A DNA stretch of 23,267 bases from Leptolyngbyaceae cyanobacterium (GTDB lineage Bacteria; Cyanobacteriota; Cyanobacteriia; Phormidesmidales; Phormidesmidaceae). Below, one piece after another: positions 8,090-15,878 of this stretch (position 1 is the stretch's first letter; every line of letters starts with the position of its first letter). A program made the translations under genes and the position numbers. The stretch spans positions 1 to 23,267 of the forward strand of contig JBHJHA010000113.1 in assembly GCA_050331235.1 (NCBI GenBank), written 5' to 3'. The notes below the pieces were generated by a model, which saw only the letters and a list, made by a program, of their open reading frames with translations, made no database searches and had not been told where the DNA came from.

Positions 8090-9652
8090 ATGGTTATCAC
8101 TTCACCGTCGTTGCTAACAGCCCACCAGTTTTTGCAAGGCGTTTGTTGGCCCCCAACTGCTGAGACCACCACATTTGCGCCACTGTGGCCAACGCCCCAA
8201 GTAGGTGCCGCGATGGATGATCTTTGGCGCATTTTACAGGTCTTGCAGGCTCCAGATAGCGGCTGGCCAGCAGAGGTCCCACAAACCGCAGAGACTTTAT
8301 TGCCTTATGTGGGCGACGAAATCGATGAATTAGCCGAGGCGTTAGCACTGATTGGTGGCGTGCCCACGGGCTCATCCGCTCCCCAGCTCCTGGCAGCGAT
8401 GAGTGCTGCCTGGCTCTGGGCGATCGCAGCAAGCACCCCAATCGCCATGGGACTGCTCGAAGGCGTCGCCGCCAGTAGCCGCGATCGACCAGCGGCCCAT
8501 GGAGTGCGTTTAGTCCCTTTGCTAGAAATTCATACCCACGATAGCCATTATTCCTTAGACTTGGCAGCTCAAAGCTGGACCGAGGCCACCTCAGAGTTTG
8601 CCCCTGCAGCGCTGATTGAGCTGGTTGATGAGCCGATAGCACCGATGGCTAGCGCCGCCGATTGGCAAACTCATATCGAAACGGCAAGCAGTCAGTTATT
8701 CCCCAGTTTGCAAACTTGGTACGCAGGCTGTGCCATTCAGCTACAGCTACCAGGCCGCTCCCGCTGTACTGCCCAAGTGCAATTAGCCCTGAAGCTGGTG
8801 CCCCTAACCTTGCCAATGGTGGCGCTCGATTCACCAACTGATGCCGGTGGAGTTGATCGGCTCGATATTGAGACCAAAGTGGCTGGGGGCCCCACCAGCC
8901 GCGTTTGGACAGCAGGCCCCTTACAGCAAGCGGTGGAGACATTGACAACCACCACTGTCGAGTTCGCTTCTCCCTGCCTCTGGCCTTTGGATACCGAGAT
9001 CACCTTTCAAGATGCATCGGCCTTAGAGGCTGCCAACCGCGCCGCTAGGGTGACTGATCTATGTCGCCGAGTGAGCTGTAATGATGGGTCGTCATCCGCT
9101 CTCACCCTTTTGGAACGGGTGATGAACGCCTTGGCCGAGCCGTCGACACCAAACCAGCCCTGGTGGCCAGGGGCCACGCTGCCCCTGGCGGATGTTTGCC
9201 GTCAGGTCAAGTGGCTTTGGCTGCGTGCAGGGTATGAGCAAGTGCCCATGATGTCGGGGATCGCTGGACGCTGTCTCCGCTCAGAAGCTGGGTGGCAAGC
9301 GGGAACCGTTGCCTGTAGCGGCTATCTCAGTTGGCAACCGCCCCCTGAAGACAGCGCGATGCTCGATGTGCTTACGGGGGAGTGGGGGACGGCTGACGCT
9401 TATCTGCGCTCCACTGATGTTGTGGAGGTCGCCACAGGTTTAGCCCCCACCCAACCCCTTTGGACAGTGGCAGAGTTGACCGCCCGAATGACCGAGACGA
9501 TTAAGGCGCGATCGCCCCTGCTAGCCATGCTCATGACCGGCGCCAAGGTCGCTGTCAGTTCTCCCCACGAGGCCCTGTTTCCAGAACTCAAACCCGGTCT
9601 GCAGACGCTATGGTTTCGACTGGTGCTGACCTTTCGAGCATCGCCGCCATAA
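8090..9652 (+). CDS. Hypothetical protein with a truncated MazG-like N-terminal segment and duplicated KGK-like modules
   Basis: 520-aa ORF filling the gap between genes. Residues 42-85 resemble the MazG N-terminus, and residues ~100-240 and ~364-517 align with each other (see findings). Confidence 0.8.
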   Translation: MVITSPSLLTAHQFLQGVCWPPTAETTTFAPLWPTPQVGAAMDDLWRILQVLQAPDSGWPAEVPQTAETLLPYVGDEIDELAEALALIGGVPTGSSAPQLLAAMSAAWLWAIAASTPIAMGLLEGVAASSRDRPAAHGVRLVPLLEIHTHDSHYSLDLAAQSWTEATSEFAPAALIELVDEPIAPMASAADWQTHIETASSQLFPSLQTWYAGCAIQLQLPGRSRCTAQVQLALKLVPLTLPMVALDSPTDAGGVDRLDIETKVAGGPTSRVWTAGPLQQAVETLTTTTVEFASPCLWPLDTEITFQDASALEAANRAARVTDLCRRVSCNDGSSSALTLLERVMNALAEPSTPNQPWWPGATLPLADVCRQVKWLWLRAGYEQVPMMSGIAGRCLRSEAGWQAGTVACSGYLSWQPPPEDSAMLDVLTGEWGTADAYLRSTDVVEVATGLAPTQPLWTVAELTARMTETIKARSPLLAMLMTGAKVAVSSPHEALFPELKPGLQTLWFRLVLTFRASPP

Positions 9653-9742
9653 CCTAAGCGATCGCGCTTAGCCATCACCGAGGGCATCCCTGATGTACGC
9701 AGCGGGATCCCTCGCTATCCCCAGAGTCGGTTGGCTTCCTAG

Positions 9743-9772
9743 ATTTATTGATTCAGAATTTATTGATTCAGA
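9743..9772 (+). repeat. Perfect 15-bp tandem duplication (ATTTATTGATTCAGA x2)
   Basis: Directly visible at 9743-9757 and 9758-9772, ending 6 nt before the ATG at 9779. Confidence 0.9.
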
Positions 9773-9778
9773 CTGCCG

Positions 9779-10453
9779 ATGATTTATCTCTATGCGCTTT
9801 GCCCCAATTTGCTAGATCCCCCACAGTTCCCGGCTGGCATCGGCTCCAAGGCCGTTGAGCTGCTAACAGTGGACCAAGTGGGCGCGATTATCGAGCGTGA
9901 TATTGACGTGGCTCAGCTCAAAACAGACGATGCTCGGCTGATGGACGCTGTGCTGGCCCACGATCGCGTGCTGGGATATTGCTTTGACCAAATGCCGCTG
10001 CTGCCGCTGCGATTTGGGACTCAGTTCAAAGACGTAGCCTCCATCCAAGCGTTTCTCCAGGCTCAGGGCCAGGTCTACGCCCATAAGCTAGAAACCCTTA
10101 AAGCCAAAGCCGAGTATCTCCTCAAGCTGAGCCCTAAGCTGCCAGAAATCCCCCCAGTTTCGACTGAGCTTAAGGGACGCGATTACTTCTTGGCGAAAAA
10201 GGCACGATTGCAGGCGCAAACTGCCGCCGCCGAGCAACAGGCCGCCGAGCTTCAGGAGTTTTTAGCCAGCTTAGAGGCTGCCGGCATTCCCTTGGTGCAG
10301 AGTCCGCCCCAGGGCACCGAGGAAAGGCTTCATATATTGCTAACGCGGGAGCGGGAGGCAACGCAATCCCTCGTCGAGCTGTGGCAGGAAAAGCTATCAA
10401 CCTGGCAGCTAGAGCACAGTGACCCACTACCGCCTTACCACTTTGCCAGTTAG
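9779..10453 (+). CDS. GvpL/GvpF-family gas vesicle accessory protein (GvpW-like size)
   Basis: IYLYA start, AVLAHDRVL, LLPLRFGTQF, GRDYFLAKK and C-terminal LPPYHF, all characteristic of the GvpL/F family. Confidence 0.88.
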   Translation: MIYLYALCPNLLDPPQFPAGIGSKAVELLTVDQVGAIIERDIDVAQLKTDDARLMDAVLAHDRVLGYCFDQMPLLPLRFGTQFKDVASIQAFLQAQGQVYAHKLETLKAKAEYLLKLSPKLPEIPPVSTELKGRDYFLAKKARLQAQTAAAEQQAAELQEFLASLEAAGIPLVQSPPQGTEERLHILLTREREATQSLVELWQEKLSTWQLEHSDPLPPYHFAS

Positions 10454-10465
10454 CGATCCTTAGCC

Positions 10466-10768
10466 GTGCAGACGATGACTTTAACCGAACAATACCTAGA
10501 CCTGATCAACTGCCAGCTCCCGCAAGCCGCTCAGCGAGGCCGCTACCCCGTGCGGTTTAACCACTGCTTTGCCCGCATCATTTTAGACAGCCTGTTTCAG
10601 GATGCTTGGTACCATCATCTGGACAAACCGGCCTATCGTCACCTCACAGAGGCGCAGCTGCAGCGGGCGATCGCCCTAGGGCAAAAATTTCTTCGTGACC
10701 CACAGGCTTGTTTCTTGGCAAATCAGGCAAGCCTGAGCTATCGCCAACGGACTCACTCTGAACGGTGA
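10466..10768 (+). CDS. Small conserved hypothetical protein
   Basis: GTG start 12 nt after the gvp stop. The motif YPVRFNHCFARIILD..W....KPAY..L...QL..AI.L...N..SL.YR resembles a widespread ~100-aa family of unknown function. Confidence 0.75.
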   Translation: MQTMTLTEQYLDLINCQLPQAAQRGRYPVRFNHCFARIILDSLFQDAWYHHLDKPAYRHLTEAQLQRAIALGQKFLRDPQACFLANQASLSYRQRTHSER

Positions 10769-11010
10769 GAGGATCGCCGCGTCGGGCCTGATTTCCGCCA
10801 AAACAGGGCAAACAAATTGGGCTCGTTTTGCATCGCGGCGTGCTCTCGCTGGTGCTGTTGGACCAGTCGCTCATGCTGGTCGTAGTAGGCATCTAGCGCT
10901 ACGCGATACTGCTGCTCATGTCTAAACTCAAAACTGAGTTGATGCAGCTCCAGCACTTCTGAAACTTCCTGGGGGGTCGGCTCATACCGGCGGAGCAGGT
11001 GTTCAAACAC
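10753..11010 (-). CDS. Small cyanobacterial hypothetical protein (helical, charged)
   Basis: 85-aa ORF with the pattern E(F)R.E.QYR.A...Y....E....QHQ.E..AM..E.NL..LFW, resembling small cyanobacterial conserved proteins. It overlaps the convergent gene by 16 nt. Confidence 0.6.
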   Translation of the reverse strand: MFEHLLRRYEPTPQEVSEVLELHQLSFEFRHEQQYRVALDAYYDQHERLVQQHQREHAAMQNEPNLFALFWRKSGPTRRSSHRSE

Positions 11011-11230
11011 GATGGCGCAATTTCCATGGACTTATGGAATAGGGTAGCAGGGGAATCGGGGGTGCGAAAATCCTTCCCCTGTTCGCCCCGGAGTGGCCAA
11101 GCTCTCCACCGAGCCAACACTTATCGGACAAACATGAACAAATCGCCACAAAGGGAAATATGCCCCAAAAATCCAGGTAAAAAGGAGAGTGGCGATCGCG
11201 TTCCGTCCAGCTGTAATTTAGGGTGATCCA

Positions 11231-11833
11231 ATGGCCAAGAAAGATCCATACATCGAATTTCTCAAGGAAGATTTTGACGATTTGTTTGGGCAGCTAGAGT
11301 TGACCCCAGTGCAGCGCAAGTTTCTGAACTCTCGATGGCTGGATCAGGTGTTGTGGATGGAGAAAAAAGCCAATCTCTGTCGCGATCGCCACTATCGTTT
11401 GAGACTGTCCGCCATCATCTTGGGGGTGATTGTGCCGATTTTGATCGGCATCAACGTGAACAACACCCAACTACGACAGGTCAAGGAGTACGTCACGATC
11501 AGCCTAAGCGCGATCGTCGCGGTGAGTGCCGCGGTCGAAGAATTCTTTCACTACGGGGAGCGATGGTATCACTACCGCCGCACGGTCGAATCGCTCAAAA
11601 CCTATGGCTGGCAGTTTTCTCAACTGAGCGGGCGCTATGCCAAATACGCCAAACACAGTGCCGCCTTTCCTGATTTTGCCAATCAGGTCGAAGAGGTAAT
11701 CCAGCGGGATGTGGAAGTTTACGTCACCCAGGTCGCCAAGTCAGAAGAAGAGAACAATCAACAGGCGGGGGCAGTGGTGGCAATGGCCGGCATCGATGTC
11801 AACGAGAGCGACGGTGACGACGAGGTCCATTAA
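11231..11833 (+). CDS. DUF4231 / SLATT-superfamily two-TM membrane protein
   Basis: RWLDQVLWMEKKA, two hydrophobic helices (LSAIILGVIVPILIGI and ISLSAIVAVSAAV), then E.W..YR.T.E.LK...W.F....G.Y, the typical SLATT/DUF4231 layout. Confidence 0.88.
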   Translation: MAKKDPYIEFLKEDFDDLFGQLELTPVQRKFLNSRWLDQVLWMEKKANLCRDRHYRLRLSAIILGVIVPILIGINVNNTQLRQVKEYVTISLSAIVAVSAAVEEFFHYGERWYHYRRTVESLKTYGWQFSQLSGRYAKYAKHSAAFPDFANQVEEVIQRDVEVYVTQVAKSEEENNQQAGAVVAMAGIDVNESDGDDEVH

Positions 11834-11856
11834 CTCACGGTTTGTTGAGTAGTCGG

Positions 11857-12912
11857 TTAGCGATGTATCCGAGCCCCGCGATAGCGGATTTCCCGCTTGA
11901 GGGCGGCCTGCTGGGCAAAGTTGGGCATGTCGCCGGCGTGGCCCATGAGCATCAGCGTGTCGCCCTGGGTCAGATAAAGGTTGTGGGCCGGATGCACGAT
12001 CACCTCACCGGTTGCCCGCCGCAGCGCCACAATGATGAAGGTGCCCTTGCCGCGCACCTCAACGTCGCCAATGGTGCCCCCGACTAGGGAGGGCTGAATG
12101 GGCATTTCTTGAATTTGAATGTCGAGCTCTGCCAGCAGCTCATTGAGGCTGGTTTGACCATCGGGCTTTGCCAAAAAGTCCACCGCGGAGGGATTGGTAA
12201 TCACATGGGCCATGCGACTAGCGCTAATCGTCGCCGGTAGCACCACATGGTCAGCACCTGCTAAGCGCAGTTTTTTCTCAGTAGAGGGAATTTCGCCCCG
12301 CGCTACGATTATCAAATCCGGGTTAATTTCCCGTGCTGTCAGCGTGATGAAGACATTGGCCGCATCATCAGGTAGCACCGTGGCCAACGTTTTTGCCGTT
12401 TTAATTTGGACGGCTTCTAAGTTGGTCTCATCGGTGGCGTTGCCGAGATACATCAGGTAGCCCTGCTCACGAGCTAGCTCAACGCGATCGGGGGCATTAT
12501 CAATCACGACGAAAGGCTGATGGGCCCCTTTTAACTGGCGAGCCACCATTTGCCCAATGCGACCAAAACCACAGATGACTACGTGGTCTTCGAGCTGCTC
12601 GATATCTTTGTTCATCCGTTTTACGTCCAGAAGCTTGCGAATTTCGCCTTCGGTGATGAGCTGTACAAAACCGGAGACGGTGTAGGCCACTGACAACACC
12701 CCAGCGATAATCACCAAAATGGTGAATACTTTAAGCGTTGTCGAGGTTAGCGGCTGCACTTCGCCATAGCCCACCCCAAAGATTGTGATTACCACCATGT
12801 AAATGGCGTCAAGCAGAGTCCAGCCGGCGATAACATAACCCGTAACCGCAATGACGACTGTCAATACAAAGGTGAAGATGCCAGTGGCAATCCGTTGAAA
12901 TGAGGTTTGCAT
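11857..12912 (-). CDS. Two-TM potassium channel with RCK N- and C-terminal (TrkA-like) domains
   Basis: TM-pore-TM with the filter region TIFGVGYGEV, Rossmann motif HVVICGFGRIG, GNATDE, DAANVFITLTAR, AGADHVVLP and an RCK_C domain (IVALRR..G...P......GDTL). Confidence 0.93.
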   Translation of the reverse strand: MQTSFQRIATGIFTFVLTVVIAVTGYVIAGWTLLDAIYMVVITIFGVGYGEVQPLTSTTLKVFTILVIIAGVLSVAYTVSGFVQLITEGEIRKLLDVKRMNKDIEQLEDHVVICGFGRIGQMVARQLKGAHQPFVVIDNAPDRVELAREQGYLMYLGNATDETNLEAVQIKTAKTLATVLPDDAANVFITLTAREINPDLIIVARGEIPSTEKKLRLAGADHVVLPATISASRMAHVITNPSAVDFLAKPDGQTSLNELLAELDIQIQEMPIQPSLVGGTIGDVEVRGKGTFIIVALRRATGEVIVHPAHNLYLTQGDTLMLMGHAGDMPNFAQQAALKREIRYRGARIHR

Positions 12913-13236
12913 CGGGATGACTCAAGCTCTGCTTATCCTAGGTGACAACGCTTGGATCAAAACGCTACCAGCGATACGATCGCCCTCTTAGATTTTGAGC
13001 TCCATCGCTCCCTGACGGTAACTGCCACAGCGGCAGTACAACCTCCGTTGCCCTCGACCTGACACCCAGCCCCGAGAACCGAGAACCGACCTCAACTCCA
13101 TTGGCATCTCACCGTAGCCATGCCCGGACGGAAGTTTCACAAAGACATCACACCAGCGTAATAGGGCTGTCACATCAACTGTCTACTCTGATAACTGTTA
13201 GACAAGGACACTTCTCTTTAGACAGCGAGTACAGCC

Positions 13237-14460
13237 ATGAGAGACTCATTGACCCCCTCCTCTTCATCCTCACACCCTGCTCGGTGGGCGCAGCGCACTG
13301 GGCAGTCCCTCTTATTAATGCTGGTGGGGGCGGGCCTCGCCACCGCTGGCACCGGCGCCTTGCAAGCCATGCAGCCTCGGCTTGATGGCGCGTTTACCCA
13401 GGCTCAAGCCCCCGCTGAAACCAACACGGCGATCGCCCCCTCCGCAGTAGCCCCCGACTCCTCTAGTTTTGTTGCGGGCATTGTGCAAGAGGCGGGCCAA
13501 GCCGTGGTTCGCATCGACGCATCTCGAACGGTCACGAGCCAAGTCCCAGAAGCCTTTCAAAATCCCTTTTTCCGAGAGTTCTTTGGCGACGTGCCAGAAT
13601 CTCAGCAGCGGGTCGAGCAGGGCGTCGGGTCGGGCTTCATCGTGTCGGAAGCCGGCACCATCTTTACCAATGCCCACGTAGTCGATGGGGCTGATACCGT
13701 ACAAGTCACCCTGAAAGATGGCCGCGTAGTGGAAGGACGCGTGGTGGGGACTGACCCACTCACCGACGTCGCTGTCATCGATATTGATGCGGATAACTTA
13801 CCCACCGTGCCGCTGAGTGACTCTAACCAACTGCAGCCTGGTGAATGGGCGATCGCGATCGGTACCCCCCTCGGCCTCGACAACACTGTCACCGTGGGCA
13901 TCGTCAGTGCCACAGGCCGCACCAGCGGGCAAATTGGCGTCGCTGACAAACGCGTCGATTTCATTCAAACCGATGCCGCGATCAATCCCGGTAACTCTGG
14001 TGGCCCGCTGCTCAATGAGCGCGGCGAGGTCATCGGGATGAACACCGCTATCATTCAAAATGCCCAGGGCATTGGCTTTGCCATTCCGATCAACGATGTG
14101 GGGCGCATTGCCGATCAGCTAGTCGCCACTGGCCGGGTCGAACATCCCTACATCGGCATTCGCATGGTCAAGCTCACGGAGCAGACCAAAGCGGCGATCG
14201 CAGCACAAACGGATCTCAACGTTCGTGACGAAGAGGGCATCCTCATCGTTGATGTCGTGCGCAACTCCCCCGCCGCTAAAGCTGGCCTACAGCAGGGGGA
14301 TGTTTTGGTCTCGGTAGACGGTCAACCTGTGACCGAAGCGGCAGCAGTCCAAGACTTGGTTGAAGCCAATGGCGTTGGCGCTGACTTGTCACTGCAGGTA
14401 AGTCGAAACGGTACAGTTGAAACCATTTCCCTCCGCCCGGAAGCCTTGCCCACGAACTAG
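13237..14460 (+). CDS. htrA: HtrA/DegP-family serine protease with one PDZ domain (HhoA/HhoB-like)
   Basis: N-terminal hydrophobic segment, GSGFI, TNAHVV (His), TDVAV (Asp), IQTDAAINPGNSGGPL (Ser) and a C-terminal PDZ (SPAAKAGLQQGDV). Confidence 0.95.
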   Translation: MRDSLTPSSSSSHPARWAQRTGQSLLLMLVGAGLATAGTGALQAMQPRLDGAFTQAQAPAETNTAIAPSAVAPDSSSFVAGIVQEAGQAVVRIDASRTVTSQVPEAFQNPFFREFFGDVPESQQRVEQGVGSGFIVSEAGTIFTNAHVVDGADTVQVTLKDGRVVEGRVVGTDPLTDVAVIDIDADNLPTVPLSDSNQLQPGEWAIAIGTPLGLDNTVTVGIVSATGRTSGQIGVADKRVDFIQTDAAINPGNSGGPLLNERGEVIGMNTAIIQNAQGIGFAIPINDVGRIADQLVATGRVEHPYIGIRMVKLTEQTKAAIAAQTDLNVRDEEGILIVDVVRNSPAAKAGLQQGDVLVSVDGQPVTEAAAVQDLVEANGVGADLSLQVSRNGTVETISLRPEALPTN

Positions 14461-14488
14461 CTTTTCCCCACGATAGTCACCTGAAAGC

Positions 14489-14518
14489 AGGGAACGTCAT
14501 AGCGACGTTCCCTTTTTT
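14489..14518 (+). terminator. Rho-independent terminator after htrA
   Basis: AGGGAACGTC-atagc-GACGTTCCCT followed by TTTTT, about 28 nt after the stop codon. Confidence 0.88.
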
Positions 14519-14661
14519 ATAGCTTCATTTTGTCCAGGTCCTAGGGCAGTTTAAAAAGATCTGTCGAATCGGTCTAGTTCAGGCATACTGATAAACAGAT
14601 GAAGCCCGATGTCACTTCACACTGCCCCCAACGCCCCATCCGGACGGGAAAGAGCAACGCC

Positions 14662-15855
14662 ATGTTGGACTTAATGAAGCTGGCCCAGCAAATGCAGGGC
14701 ATTAGCCATCACCTGCGGGAAGAGGCGGAAGCCGCTGGGCGACGGGTCAAAATCGCCACTCAATTGATGCAACAGGCACAAGCTCGACAGCCAGAACTGG
14801 TTGATCAATGGCAAGCGTGGCGCGATCGCATTCCCTTTGCCGTGGCCCGTCCTACAGAGCCCCTGGATACCCGCTGGGCCATTGCCGGAGCGCCTCCCGC
14901 CCACACCGTGCTAGCCACAGACGGATCGCAAATTTCCCCCAGCCACCATGAAATCGCCTACTGCTATTTGCTCAACGTGGGGCGCGTGGTCTTGCACTAT
15001 GGCCAGAGTCGCTTTCCCCTGTTAGACAGTCTGCCCGAGGTAATTTATCGCCCGGAGGATCTCTATCTCTCTCGACAATGGGGCATTCGCACGGAGGAAT
15101 GGATGGGCCATCGCCGCACCGTCGCCGAGGCCGAGATGCTGGCCGAACTGGCGTTAGAGGCCCAGTCGGAAATTGCCGACGAGGGGCAACGGCCCATGCT
15201 CGCCCTGACGGATGGCTCTTTAATCTACTGGTTTTTGGAAGACCTGCCCCAGGCGGCCCGCGATCGCCTATTGCCACCAATTCTTCAGGCTTGGGATCGC
15301 TTACAAACAGCTCGCATTCCCCTTTTCGGCTACATCAGTGCCTCCCGGAGTGGAGAAGCGCTCAACTTTTTGCGTTTACAGAGCTGCCCCTTTAGCGAAC
15401 CCAATTGCCTTAGCTATTGTGCCGAAGATCGCGATCGTGCCCCTTGTCAGGTATTCACTCCCCTGCGAGATGTCGCCCTCAGCACCACCCAGCTCGCACC
15501 GGGGGAGCGCGGCCCACTGTGGCAAAGCTCCGTCAATATCTTGGCCGATTATGGCCCCCACACGATTTACTTTTGCTACGTAAATGTCGGGGCCGAAATC
15601 GCTCGGGTGGAAATGCCGGAATGGGTGGCGCTAAACCCAGCGCTGCGGGACTCCGCTTTAGAAATGGTAATCACCCAAGTGCAAAAAGGCTATGGTTACC
15701 CCATTGCCCTAGCCGAAGCCCACAACCAGGCGGTCGTTCGGGGCGGCGATCGCACCCGGTTTTTTGCTTTGCTTGAGCGGGAAATGATTCGTGCTGGCTT
15801 ACAAAACGTCTCTACCTCATTCAAGGAGGCGCGCAAGCGGGGCAGTATTGCCTAG
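14662..15855 (+). CDS. nurA: DNA double-strand-break repair nuclease NurA family
   Basis: ATDGSQI, TDGSL and C-terminal GYGYPIALAEAHNQAVV motifs. The ATG at 14662 (MLDLMKLA) is preferred to the one at 14599. Confidence 0.9.
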   Translation: MLDLMKLAQQMQGISHHLREEAEAAGRRVKIATQLMQQAQARQPELVDQWQAWRDRIPFAVARPTEPLDTRWAIAGAPPAHTVLATDGSQISPSHHEIAYCYLLNVGRVVLHYGQSRFPLLDSLPEVIYRPEDLYLSRQWGIRTEEWMGHRRTVAEAEMLAELALEAQSEIADEGQRPMLALTDGSLIYWFLEDLPQAARDRLLPPILQAWDRLQTARIPLFGYISASRSGEALNFLRLQSCPFSEPNCLSYCAEDRDRAPCQVFTPLRDVALSTTQLAPGERGPLWQSSVNILADYGPHTIYFCYVNVGAEIARVEMPEWVALNPALRDSALEMVITQVQKGYGYPIALAEAHNQAVVRGGDRTRFFALLEREMIRAGLQNVSTSFKEARKRGSIA

Positions 15856-15878
15856 CGATCGCCGGGAGTTTACCCGGT

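Noticed and set aside
8097..9003. Antisense ORFs (181, 99 and 88 aa) over the 520-aa gene, and similar shadow ORFs over htrA, nurA, crtH and upp
   Set aside because: They are fully nested in well-supported genes and have Arg/Pro/Ser-rich compositions typical of non-coding frames in GC-rich DNA.
13072..13090. CCGAGAA heptamer repeated about 2.5 times
   Set aside because: An ordinary short STRR-like repeat of filamentous cyanobacteria with no spacers, so it is not a CRISPR array.
11231..15855. Possible defence island (SLATT, channel, protease, NurA)
   Set aside because: Mixed orientations, an intervening terminator, normal HIP1 density and no mobility genes indicate native, unlinked chromosomal genes.
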